From a virus: a DNA stretch of 64,000 nucleotides. The notes under the pieces are model-generated. The model did no database searches, was not told where the DNA came from, and saw nothing but the letters and a program-made list of their open reading frames with translations. Shown here piece after piece: positions 1 to 8,353 of the stretch; the first letter of the stretch is position 1; every line of letters begins with the position of its first letter. A program made the translations under genes and the position numbers. The stretch lies in IMG/VR virus record IMGVR_UViG_3300025133_009393, one strand, 5' to 3'.

Positions 1-465
1 CTGAGTACTTGTACTCAAGACTTCAAGTTGCGAGTCGGGATCCTGAACTCCAATGCCAATTTTTCCAGTACCATCAATAACCAGATCATTTTCGTCCGAA
101 CCGGCGGCAATTACAAGATGATTCAGCGCATTAGATGAAGCGTCGCAACGAATCCAGGCTAGCTGTGTGCCATCTGTACTTTTAAATGCAATTTGGCTAT
201 CGCCATTGCCACTGGTCTCGCTAGCTTGAAAAAGAAGCTTTGGGTGTTCATCTTTGAGTTCTAGCAGAACGGCAGGAGAAGTCGTTCCGATGCCGACTTT
301 GCCGGTAGAGTCAACATGCAAAGCATTAACACCGGTACTATTGAGAGTAACAGTAGAGCCCGAAAGCACAACGGGTACCGAGCCTGAAATAACTTGATAA
401 CCAGCGGAATTACTACCGCTAATAACCATCCATCCACCATTAGATCCACTTACAACAACTGGCAT
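1..465 (-). CDS. Tail/head fibre protein, 5' part (runs off the window; not in the ORF track)
   Basis: ATG at 465-463, 3 nt after the upstream stop. My translation is open to base 1: MPVVVSGSNGGWMVISGS...KVGIGTTSPAVLLELKDEHPKLL...IRCDASSNALNH...KIGIGVQDP. It has VGIGT fibre repeats and the same module as 469..2160. Confidence 0.9.
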   Translation of the reverse strand, partial: MPVVVSGSNGGWMVISGSNSAGYQVISGSVPVVLSGSTVTLNSTGVNALHVDSTGKVGIGTTSPAVLLELKDEHPKLLFQASETSGNGDSQIAFKSTDGTQLAWIRCDASSNALNHLVIAAGSDENDLVIDGTGKIGIGVQDPDSQLEVLSTSTQ

Positions 466-468
466 AAT

Positions 469-2160
469 TTAATCCTCTATTTCCTGAAGCATCATTTTAT
501 ACTTCTTTCCGGTTTTGTTATTTACCACCTCTAAATAGTCCTCTTCCTCAACAATTGTCCAATCACCTTTATCATTTTTAAGATGTAAGTCGCCAGTATA
601 TATATTTGCCCAGCGATGAGCTGAAGATCCCAAATCATACGCATTGTCTGCACCTGGCAAAACACTTCCCGTAAGATCAGTTTGGCCGCTGACAGACAGC
701 TTGGAAGTTGGACTCGTAGTTCCGATGCCGACGTTGCCACCAGACGCTACAACCAAATGATCTTCACCAGAGCCTGCGCTGATCGCGAAATGGTTTAAAG
801 CGTTTGACGTAGCGTCACAACGAAAATTAACCAACTGGGTGCCGTCCAGGCTTTTAAACTTAATCCCACCGTCGCCGTTGGCGTGGCTACTTTGTATTGT
901 TATCGTCGGGTGCTCATCATAAATATGCAAGGCAGTGGCAGGAGCTACGATGCCGATACCAACCTTTGTGGTACCGCCGGATGCTGGATCTCCAAAATAG
1001 GCATAAGTGGTGTTTGCAGTCCCCTCTCCGACTAGCGAAAGTGTTGAGGTTGCTGCGGCGCCGGCGCTGGCCACGCCCATGTGGATAACGCCTTCTTCGG
1101 CGCCGGCGGTGACCGTGGTACCGGCGCCCAAGATCCACGCCATGTCCGCATCAGAATCTGCGGCGTCTTTACCGGTAAAGAAAATTGCGCCAACATCATC
1201 ACCAGCTGCTTCGTCGGTGGTGCTCTTGTAAAACCTCAATATCGAATGAATAGCATCGTCATTAGAATTTTCTATCAATACCTCGGGTTTATAAGTAACA
1301 GAGCTTTTGATATGAAGTAGCTCTGATGGGCTAGTTGTGCCAATACCGATCTTGCCATCAGACGCTACAACCAAATGATCCTCACCCGTAGATCCATTAA
1401 TGGAGAAGGATTCCATGATATTGTTTGTCACGGCGCATCTAATATTTGCCATCGTTGAGCCGTCGCCGCTTCGGAAAATGATCTGAGGGTCTCCATTCGC
1501 GGAGTTGCTGCGAAGAAGAAGCTTCGGATGTTCATCGTTAAGTTCTAATAAGCCCGTAAATTTATGTGTATCGTCAGACGAGTCGCCAAAGCTTGTGCTA
1601 CCGGTTGAACTAATATTAACAATCGTTTCGTTGTGAACGTTAACTTTGTATTCGTTAGCAACCAAGGTGCCAGATACAAAAAGCGAACCGGTCATGCGCA
1701 TTATTCCAGCCTGATAATCGTATGTTAAGTTTTTACTTCCGGATATCATTGTGCCGGCAGCGGTCGATCCAGAATTGAAAAGTATTTGTGTATTTGAACT
1801 AGAAGCAAGAAGCTCTTTTGAGAGCATCTTTATGTCAGTTGAGCCTACAACAATCGACGAAACAGTGTCGACGTAATCTATTCTTGCCCACCTAGATCCG
1901 GTGGTGTAAACAAGCCAATCATCAACTTGCCAACCAGTATTGCCCTCTAAATTTGTTGAGCCGGCAGTATTAACTTGCCAATATTCTCCAGTACTGATTT
2001 TGCCCGAGCCGCTTGGCTCGCCAACAAGGCCATTTGCATATCCACCATTTGCATGGGAGCCAGTAAATAAAAGGCCACCAGATAGTGCTGTGTTGGTACT
2101 AGCATTCCAATAGCCTCTGAATCTGGAAATTCCTATAAAAGATAAGCTGTCACTCGGCAT
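469..2160 (-). CDS. Fibre protein with VGIGT repeats and a conserved phage-fibre C-terminal domain
   Basis: KIGIGTTSP, KVGIGIVAP and NVGIGTTSP repeats. C-terminus WANIYTGDLHL..GDWTIVEEEDYL..NNKTGKKYK is typical of fibres of large aquatic myoviruses. SD-like AGGGGA upstream. Confidence 0.85.
   Translation of the reverse strand: MPSDSLSFIGISRFRGYWNASTNTALSGGLLFTGSHANGGYANGLVGEPSGSGKISTGEYWQVNTAGSTNLEGNTGWQVDDWLVYTTGSRWARIDYVDTVSSIVVGSTDIKMLSKELLASSSNTQILFNSGSTAAGTMISGSKNLTYDYQAGIMRMTGSLFVSGTLVANEYKVNVHNETIVNISSTGSTSFGDSSDDTHKFTGLLELNDEHPKLLLRSNSANGDPQIIFRSGDGSTMANIRCAVTNNIMESFSINGSTGEDHLVVASDGKIGIGTTSPSELLHIKSSVTYKPEVLIENSNDDAIHSILRFYKSTTDEAAGDDVGAIFFTGKDAADSDADMAWILGAGTTVTAGAEEGVIHMGVASAGAAATSTLSLVGEGTANTTYAYFGDPASGGTTKVGIGIVAPATALHIYDEHPTITIQSSHANGDGGIKFKSLDGTQLVNFRCDATSNALNHFAISAGSGEDHLVVASGGNVGIGTTSPTSKLSVSGQTDLTGSVLPGADNAYDLGSSAHRWANIYTGDLHLKNDKGDWTIVEEEDYLEVVNNKTGKKYKMMLQEIED
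734..1386 (-). repeat. Duplicated fibre module; near-identical ~35-nt stretches at ~734-768 and ~1352-1386, with a third protein-level copy at ~75-260
   Basis: ttgccaYcagacgctacaaccaaatgatcYtcacc occurs twice. The protein module DEHP..NGD..F.S.DG...RC....GEDHLVVAS.G..GIGTTSP is repeated. Confidence 0.8.
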
Positions 2161-2182
2161 AAATTATTCCCCTACTAACATA

Positions 2183-2189
2183 TAATTAG
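2183..2189 (-). promoter_or_regulatory. Putative phage late-promoter motif CTAATTA
   Basis: Lies ~23 nt upstream of the 2160 start. The same motif and spacing recur at five other gene starts. Confidence 0.55.
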
Positions 2190-2284
2190 GCTGCTATAAC
2201 TAAAATCGTCATGATAAGTTATAATATATGCGCTCCCCAAAAAGCCTTAACCTTGGCCGTTTCTTTTTGCAATCTTCTATATTT

Positions 2285-3358
2285 CTATCCAATACCCATG
2301 ACTTTCCCAACTGTTGCAACGCTAGACCCCATAATTTTTCCAAGTGAGGTATTTGCGGTACCGCCAAATTTACTACCACCTACCCAAATATACTGGTAAC
2401 ACCCTATCGTCGTTCCAGTACTGGCGTAGGCACGGTTTGTAATATCTGTGGTGGGCGCGGATTGGGCTGTTTGCCAATCGTATGTGCCGGCTCCGACCGC
2501 TTTGCTGACGCCCCCTGGTCTAAAGTTATCAGAGGCGTGGGCGGCGAATGTATCTGTTGTAATATCATCATATCCTAAACAAGCGGTTTCAGTGCCGTGA
2601 AAATCATCATCGCCGTCGACGCCATATGAAATACAATTTTTTATTGTTGTGCCATGAATTCCATAAGTTTGATCACCGCCAGAATTGTTATTGTATATAC
2701 AGTTATATACATTTGCAGCGTATATTCCTTTACCAGCGGTTTTTTGATAATCTGTCTGTACAGTGCAGTTAATAACATGGCCGCGGCCATCAACGTTAAT
2801 ACCGTTGGTATTAAAATCCTGCACTAAACAAGAATAAACCGTGGCCACGCTGCTGCCGCCGTATTGACCATCAATGCCAGTTGTTGCAGTCGAAGTGCCT
2901 TTATGAGTACATATAATCTGGCAACGATCAAGTGTCGCGCTTCCATAAAGTTCTACACCCCAAACACTTGATTTTATAATACAATTAGTTGCAGTACCGC
3001 CGCCGTAGGTGCTAACTGAGAAAGCAGAAATGCCGACAGAGGTGCCGGTATATATAATTGTGCAATGACTAATGGAGCATCCGCTAGCGCAGCTGACTAC
3101 ACCATGGCCACCGCCGCCGTCTCCAGAGTTGGTTATAATTACATCTTCTGGATTTCCTGTTGCACCAATAAAACTAAGGTTAATTCCACTTACGCCAGAC
3201 TGAGCCTTGATAGTTTCAGTATATGTTCCAGCGCCAATATATATGTTATCACCGTTTGATTCAATAGCTAGAGCACCAGCAATTGTGAGCTTGGCATTAT
3301 CCCAATCAGCACCACTATTGGAATTGTTGCCAGATTTACTTACATAGATATCCGCCAT
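2285..3358 (-). CDS. Right-handed parallel beta-helix (pectin-lyase-like) virion protein, putative depolymerase/adhesin
   Basis: N-terminal IYVSKSGNNSNSG..W.NAKLTI..AL..IYIGAGTY.E motif, repeated NC.I/SC.V beta-helix rungs, and C-terminal D.TNR...IGCYQY. Confidence 0.8.
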   Translation of the reverse strand: MADIYVSKSGNNSNSGADWDNAKLTIAGALAIESNGDNIYIGAGTYTETIKAQSGVSGINLSFIGATGNPEDVIITNSGDGGGGHGVVSCASGCSISHCTIIYTGTSVGISAFSVSTYGGGTATNCIIKSSVWGVELYGSATLDRCQIICTHKGTSTATTGIDGQYGGSSVATVYSCLVQDFNTNGINVDGRGHVINCTVQTDYQKTAGKGIYAANVYNCIYNNNSGGDQTYGIHGTTIKNCISYGVDGDDDFHGTETACLGYDDITTDTFAAHASDNFRPGGVSKAVGAGTYDWQTAQSAPTTDITNRAYASTGTTIGCYQYIWVGGSKFGGTANTSLGKIMGSSVATVGKVMGIG

Positions 3359-3374
3359 TGCACTGGGCCCCCCC

Positions 3375-4901
3375 CTAAGCTACTTCAACCCAAGTCTTGT
3401 CAGGATCAAACCATATAGTTGTATTTGAGCCGCTCGTGGCATATCCAATTATTCGTACAATGTCCCCAGAGCCACTAGGGGCAGTTGCGTCGCCGGCGCC
3501 GGCAGTTTCAGATAAATAAACTACGCTGCCGACGGCCTGGGTGCCATCAAGAGTATGCAGCTGCACAAAACCCCTAATAAGTACGCCGTATCCGTGATCT
3601 GAATGTGTTGCTACTCCGAGGAGGCCTGTGGCTGTGGCCGCGGCGTCCGCGTCGATGGTCTCCCAGGTACCATCTGATTTAAAATAATATATTTTTCCTG
3701 CAGTTAATGAACCTATGTTGGAGCCCATACCGTAAATAACATCACCATCTGAGATTTTACCGGCAGCGTCTATGTCGAGGAAGCCGGAGACCACGTTAGT
3801 GAGGGCGTTGAAGGTACCGTTGACTGACACATCGCCGGCGCCATTTCCTATTGTGACATTTACCCCGTCTTCTTCATCTCCGGATGTAACAATAAGACCC
3901 GGCTGCAGTTCACCATCGTGAGAGGCAACACTAAGAGTTAACCTTCCTTCTTCGGCGCCATCGGTCATGTCTGGAATATCTGCCTTAATGGTGGCATAAG
4001 TAGTTACTTCAGGGCTACCCGCGTCATTTTCACTAACAAAGGTAATATTACCAATAACATCATCGTCGGCAACATTAGCACCGTCTTTAAGGAATTTTAG
4101 TGTACCGCCAGTAGCGTCAGCGTTAGTGTTTTTGAGCGTGAGTACAGGGCATGCTGTTACACCGTTTCCTTCCAAGACTAGGCCGACATCGGCCTCGTGA
4201 GTTAAGGTAATCTCTTCGCTTGCGCCAAATTTAATTATCGATGCATCCGACTTGAGTGATAGGTTATCTTTAACTTCGACAGAGCCGGCGTCTGTAAGCC
4301 TTAAAGTTTCTGTGTCGTCTGTTTGGGTGAAGATAAGATCTTTTGAATCAACGATCTGTTTAATAGTGACGTCTCCACTACCGCTCTCAGTAATTGTTAA
4401 AACGGATGTGCCACCATCTTGGAAGTCTATGATTCCAGTAACTGAATCAAGCGTAACGTTTCCTGAGTTTGTTGATGTAATTTCAACACCGGTGTGGCCG
4501 TCGACTTTAACATTACCCGCGTTTGAATCAATAGTAATATTACCAGATGATGTATCAATAGAAACCGCTGCATCGCCCGAACTAATATCGTCTGCAGCTG
4601 ATGAGCCACCGCCGCCGCTAGCGGCAATAGAGCCGTCGTTAGTGAGGCGGACATCTTGGCCTGTATCATCAGTAAAATAAAGATCACATGGGGTATTTGA
4701 TTTAACCCAAAGCTGGCCATATGCATCAGTATCGCTATCAGCGTCCGCTTGTTCTTTGACAGTTACGGTCCCTTCAACAGTTAGTTTTGTTTTCGGGCTG
4801 GTTGTGCCAATACCAACTTTATCACCCGATGCATCAACTGATAATGTTCCAGAATCTACTTCTAAATTTGATAAATCTGATGTTCCTGCTTTAAATCCCA
4901 T
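3375..4901 (-). CDS. Fibre/decoration protein (VGIGT repeat, beta-rich shaft, C-terminal anchor-like domain)
   Basis: KVGIGTTSP; acidic Gly/Ser/Thr-rich body; C-terminal GSVVYLSETAG...TAPSGSGDIVRIIGYA resembles capsid-cement/fibre anchor domains. Confidence 0.7.
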   Translation of the reverse strand: MGFKAGTSDLSNLEVDSGTLSVDASGDKVGIGTTSPKTKLTVEGTVTVKEQADADSDTDAYGQLWVKSNTPCDLYFTDDTGQDVRLTNDGSIAASGGGGSSAADDISSGDAAVSIDTSSGNITIDSNAGNVKVDGHTGVEITSTNSGNVTLDSVTGIIDFQDGGTSVLTITESGSGDVTIKQIVDSKDLIFTQTDDTETLRLTDAGSVEVKDNLSLKSDASIIKFGASEEITLTHEADVGLVLEGNGVTACPVLTLKNTNADATGGTLKFLKDGANVADDDVIGNITFVSENDAGSPEVTTYATIKADIPDMTDGAEEGRLTLSVASHDGELQPGLIVTSGDEEDGVNVTIGNGAGDVSVNGTFNALTNVVSGFLDIDAAGKISDGDVIYGMGSNIGSLTAGKIYYFKSDGTWETIDADAAATATGLLGVATHSDHGYGVLIRGFVQLHTLDGTQAVGSVVYLSETAGAGDATAPSGSGDIVRIIGYATSGSNTTIWFDPDKTWVEVA

Positions 4902-4916
4902 ATTATTATTTCCTTA

Positions 4917-5375
4917 TTATAATCCTATGCCCTCGTCTGTCAAGCCGGATCCGGTTAGAGCAAACATTTGACTTGCAGGAATCCCTGTCAGCGTCGCGAC
5001 AACTCTATATTCCCTACTTCCATTTGAATCGTTTGGGGCTGAGATGTAAATTTCCTTGCACTTGACATCTGAAAATTCATACGCATCCTCATCGGTATCC
5101 AATTCAACAAAATGTTTACCAGTTATAACATAGGATCCGGCAGTATCTTTGGAGGAGTTAAAATGTATATAAACCTTACCAGTGCTAGAATCTCCATGCC
5201 TAATGACAGTGACACTTTTCGTCACATAAGGAAATACAATTTTATGCTCCTCGTTGTGACCTAAAGTCGCAGATCCAGTTATCCATGGCATACCAGAAAC
5301 TTGATATGAACCGACGTTATGGAGCCCGACTCCATATTTTGTAAAGGGTTTCGGGGCGCTCTTGCTATAAGACAT
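4917..5375 (-). CDS. Conserved virion structural protein (hypothetical)
   Basis: Good SD (AGGAG), beta-rich sequence GLHNVGSYQVSGMPWITGS, and preceded by the late motif. Confidence 0.6.
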   Translation of the reverse strand: MSYSKSAPKPFTKYGVGLHNVGSYQVSGMPWITGSATLGHNEEHKIVFPYVTKSVTVIRHGDSSTGKVYIHFNSSKDTAGSYVITGKHFVELDTDEDAYEFSDVKCKEIYISAPNDSNGSREYRVVATLTGIPASQMFALTGSGLTDEGIGL

Positions 5376-5393
5376 TACATTTCTCCTATTATT

Positions 5394-5636
5394 CTAATTA
5401 GCCTGGGGAATTAATTTTTTCCTTCGCTGTGTTTCCGCTTTTCTCGCATTTTCTTTTTTACGCAGACGCTCTCGTCTTTTCTTTGAAGATTTTTTTTCAT
5501 GATACATTCTTGATCTAAATTCTTCTATAATTTTCTCTTTTTTAACTTTTTTAATAAATCTTCTTATTAATCTATAAGGATCGCCCTTGACATCTCTCAA
5601 ACTTACGACAACATTTGCGGGTCTTTTTTTAGCCAT
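5394..5636 (-). CDS. rpsU: Phage-encoded 30S ribosomal protein bS21 homologue
   Basis: LIRRFIKKVKKEKIIEEFRSRMYHEKKSSKKRR aligns by eye with the bS21 core (ALRRFKR...GIL.E.R.R.FYEKPS.KR.R). 80 aa and very basic. Confidence 0.8.
   Translation of the reverse strand: MAKKRPANVVVSLRDVKGDPYRLIRRFIKKVKKEKIIEEFRSRMYHEKKSSKKRRERLRKKENARKAETQRRKKLIPQAN
5395..5401 (-). promoter_or_regulatory. Putative late-promoter motif CTAATTA
   Basis: Lies 20 nt upstream of the 5375 start, overlapping the end of bS21. Confidence 0.5.
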
Positions 5637-5646
5637 CTGTTTTCCT

Positions 5647-6045
5647 TTAGATTAAGTGTTTCCACTTACCCTTTGCCATTCCGATTATACCATCAATATT
5701 AACGCCGGCGTCGGAGGCTGAGATACCGGCAAGAGGCGAATGTGTTGATGATCCTTCTGGTGCAGGAGTGGTATTTTCGAAAACATCAATATTTACTTTC
5801 GTAGATTCATTTAATCTGCGAATTCTTTCTTGACGCTGTTTCTCATATTCTTCTTCTCTGTGTCTCTGCGTGCTGGTATTTTCATTAAACACAACGGCTG
5901 CACTCTCAGTAACAACTTTTTGATTGCCCATACCCTGCGCAACTTCTTTAATAATGCCAGATAGCACGCCCTCTTCAAAGATGCATTCTTTAATACATTC
6001 TTTAATAAGGGGTTTCAATACTTTTTTTAATTCATTCTTTTTCAT
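5647..6045 (-). CDS. Hypothetical head-associated protein
   Basis: N-terminal MKKNELKKVLKPLIKECIKE amphipathic helix; VVTE and RLNE are possible prohead-protease sites; located after the protease. Confidence 0.55.
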   Translation of the reverse strand: MKKNELKKVLKPLIKECIKECIFEEGVLSGIIKEVAQGMGNQKVVTESAAVVFNENTSTQRHREEEYEKQRQERIRRLNESTKVNIDVFENTTPAPEGSSTHSPLAGISASDAGVNIDGIIGMAKGKWKHLI

Positions 6046-6068
6046 TGTTTACTCTTTGGTGTTTTTCC

Positions 6069-6743
6069 TTAATAGGTGGCGCCCACGCTTTTGCGTGGAT
6101 TAATTGTAACCATCTGTCCGCCCTTATATTGCATCTCGCCTCCACTTCTGGGCTTGGGCTGTGCGTCGCGCGCGCGTCTCGCGGAGACTTCTTTTCTCCA
6201 GAATGCTTTTGAGGCTTCGTCGGCCTTCTTGGCGCGTTCGCGGTCTTCTTCGCGCCGGGCCCGGGCTTCTGGTGACTCCTCATACGCTTCTCTTTCCCAC
6301 CCTTTGATAAATCCAGTTTTAAACTTACCGAGAGCTTCACGAGCTAGCTGTAGGTCTTCCTGTTCTTCTTTAAATCCCTGGTTAATGCCTCCTTTCTCAT
6401 CTGGCCAATTGATATAGTGCTCCGGGGGCTCCATGTACTTTTCTACAAAAAGCGTATATAAATAGCGAAGAGTGAAGGAGTGCTCATTAGCAATGGACTG
6501 TTTGTCACGGTACTCACGTAAGGCAATTTCTTCTGCTATCTCTTTAAGTTTTAAATTTCCATATTCTTCTGTCTTCTTCCCCTTCCATTTTTCATCCCAG
6601 TGAGCCTGAGTTCCTGCCTCCGGAGGGGCAGTTTTTTTACCTAGGCCCAGAGCAGTTTTCGTACGATCCCAAAGACCCTCGCCTAAGATGGTCTCGATCT
6701 CTTCCTTGATAATTTCTTTTAATCTTGTTTTTGTAATTTTCAC
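6069..6743 (-). CDS. 'MKITK...IIKEE' leader protein, putative internal head protein
   Basis: GTG start directly after the protease stop. The N-terminus MKITKTRLKEIIKEEIE is shared with 18392..19009. Confidence 0.65.
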   Translation of the reverse strand: MKITKTRLKEIIKEEIETILGEGLWDRTKTALGLGKKTAPPEAGTQAHWDEKWKGKKTEEYGNLKLKEIAEEIALREYRDKQSIANEHSFTLRYLYTLFVEKYMEPPEHYINWPDEKGGINQGFKEEQEDLQLAREALGKFKTGFIKGWEREAYEESPEARARREEDRERAKKADEASKAFWRKEVSARRARDAQPKPRSGGEMQYKGGQMVTINPRKSVGATY

Positions 6744-6747
6744 GTAA

Positions 6748-7386
6748 TTACCCCTTTATAATATCATCAATAATATTGTTAATTTTTTGCTCTTTTGTAA
6801 GAGTATTGTTGCTCTCGTTTAAATATACACTAATTTCTGTATCCACATTTCCTGATTGCTTTCTGAGATACGCGCCGGGAGTTGAAGGCTCGGAGACCAT
6901 ATCAAAACAAATCAGTTGAAAATCATCTTCAACCATTGTCTGCCCATTAGATTCCCTTACAGTTCCCAATCCTCTAGACGAAATTCCAAGCTTAATGCCG
7001 GCCTTCAAAAGATCTTTCAAAATTCTTCCTGCCGGCGTGTCCAGTACTTCGAATTTAGCCATGACACTATCGCCATCCCACCACATTTTTGTAGCAAGAT
7101 GTGAAGTGTTTTTAAGATTGACAACACTGTCATCCGGATGATCTAATTCGCCCAAGGCTCTGCGCTCGCGGATCGACTTTTGATAGTTTTCAACTTCTCT
7201 TTGTAAAGTTTCTTTGCGATAGATTCTACCATTGCCATTTTTAACGCCGGCTTTTTGACACACGCCGACCAGATAAACAGCACCATTATCCATAGCATTG
7301 CGTTTTTCTGATTCAGTCATGACGTCGAGCGCGCAGCGGCCATCCGGACAGAGTTCAAAGTATTCTTGTAATAATTGTTTTGACAT
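6748..7386 (-). CDS. Prohead core protease (T4 gp21-like, peptidase S77)
   Basis: Motifs N.NGRIY, ALGELDHP, TPAGRIL, LGISSRGLG and FDMVSEPS. Confidence 0.95.
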   Translation of the reverse strand: MSKQLLQEYFELCPDGRCALDVMTESEKRNAMDNGAVYLVGVCQKAGVKNGNGRIYRKETLQREVENYQKSIRERRALGELDHPDDSVVNLKNTSHLATKMWWDGDSVMAKFEVLDTPAGRILKDLLKAGIKLGISSRGLGTVRESNGQTMVEDDFQLICFDMVSEPSTPGAYLRKQSGNVDTEISVYLNESNNTLTKEQKINNIIDDIIKG

Positions 7387-7399
7387 ATTTTTTATCTAA

Positions 7400-7416
7400 G
7401 CGAGGCTCACCCTCGC
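7400..7416. promoter_or_regulatory. GC-rich hairpin (GCGAGG-N5-CCTCGC) 14 nt upstream of the protease start
   Basis: Perfect 6-bp stem at 7400-7405/7411-7416 with no U-tract on the coding strand. Confidence 0.45.
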
Positions 7417-7472
7417 CTGGTTTTACTTCCTTTGCAACAACGACGTACATCAGGAATATTTCTTTTTCTCAT
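7407..7472 (-). CDS. Putative 21-aa basic Cys-Cys peptide MRKRNIPDVRRCCKGSKTRRG
   Basis: ATG at 7472 preceded by GAGGT SD. It fills the gap between the DUF1360-like gene and the protease, and is below the ORF-track cutoff. Confidence 0.45.
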   Translation of the reverse strand: MRKRNIPDVRRCCKGSKTRRG

Positions 7473-7476
7473 TGTT

Positions 7477-7779
7477 TTACCTCTTATTAATTTTTATACT
7501 CAAACCGTCGTCCTCTATAATGGAACTTATAAAGTAACTAGTACCTGCGGATAAGCAACCTAAAATAAATGGATTAATATAATTATAATCAAAACTAAAT
7601 AGTTCTGTTAAGCCGTTAATACTCCACAAAAATACACCAACCCAGAAACCCACACACAGGGGACATTCAAATAATTTACCCAAGATACCCTTGGATGGTC
7701 GAATTGAATTAAAGATCGATCCATACAACAGAATAAAAGTCATGCCATAAGCACATAAAATAAAATATATTAATTCCAC
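7477..7779 (-). CDS. DUF1360-like small membrane protein with CxxC
   Basis: Likely GTG start at 7779 (VELIYFIL..). It has three hydrophobic segments and a GKLFECPLCVGFWVG motif. Confidence 0.7.
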   Translation of the reverse strand: MELIYFILCAYGMTFILLYGSIFNSIRPSKGILGKLFECPLCVGFWVGVFLWSINGLTELFSFDYNYINPFILGCLSAGTSYFISSIIEDDGLSIKINKR

Positions 7780-7786
7780 TTTACAC

Positions 7787-8353
7787 CTAGAATCTATATG
7801 CAGAGGCAAGGCCATATGGCTTGACGCCCGGGCGAATTGAACCTTTCTCCTCGGCATGGCGTCGGGGATCAAATTCAGTTGACTCATCTTCGAACGGCTC
7901 GGATAGTCTTCTCTCGAATTCTATTTCTAGGGCTCTCTCGTATTCCATTGAAGGCCTTTCTTCTTCAATGAATTTGCCAATAGCAAATAAAGTTAGCTGA
8001 GTTGTGTTATAGTCAGCTGACTCGACAATCGTTCCTTCTAGGGAAGAAAAAACATTTCCGCCCTGTACGGAGTCTAGCGATATAACGCCTTTTCTCATTA
8101 GATAATCAAACATTCTACTTTGGGCGGTATAAACACTTTCTCCATACTGTTCTTTTGGGAAAGCGACAACTTTTTTCTTCCCTGGCATCAATATAATATC
8201 AATATCATGATGGTCGAATATCATAACATTACCATCTGGAGTCTTTCTCGCATTAAGAGACATCTTCGCCTGAGTTGGATTCTTCTCTTCTGCCTCTCTG
8301 GCTAGTTCTTGACGAGATTGCTCTTGTTTGTTTATTGTAATTTTTATTGCCAT
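7787..8353 (-). CDS. Hypothetical head-module protein
   Basis: 188-aa ORF coupled (TAATG) to the upstream gene, lying between portal and protease. Confidence 0.6.
   Translation of the reverse strand: MAIKITINKQEQSRQELAREAEEKNPTQAKMSLNARKTPDGNVMIFDHHDIDIILMPGKKKVVAFPKEQYGESVYTAQSRMFDYLMRKGVISLDSVQGGNVFSSLEGTIVESADYNTTQLTLFAIGKFIEEERPSMEYERALEIEFERRLSEPFEDESTEFDPRRHAEEKGSIRPGVKPYGLASAYRF

Noticed and set aside
2-17. Inverted repeat TGAGTAC-TT-GTACTCA
   Set aside because: It lies inside coding sequence (LSTSTQ) with a 2-nt loop and is likely chance.
261-449. 62-aa hydrophobic-looking minus-strand ORF
   Set aside because: It overlaps out of frame the true fibre gene starting at 465.
2228-2260. 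Possible terminator after the beta-helix gene
   Set aside because: The stem is only 3-4 bp with an 8-nt loop, too weak to call.
6032-6340. 102-aa minus-strand ORF
   Set aside because: It is an alternative frame inside 6069..6743 with no independent start signal.
7407-7409. UGA in a hairpin as a possible selenocysteine/readthrough site
   Set aside because: Readthrough reaches TAA after four more codons, and the hairpin encloses the UGA rather than following it.
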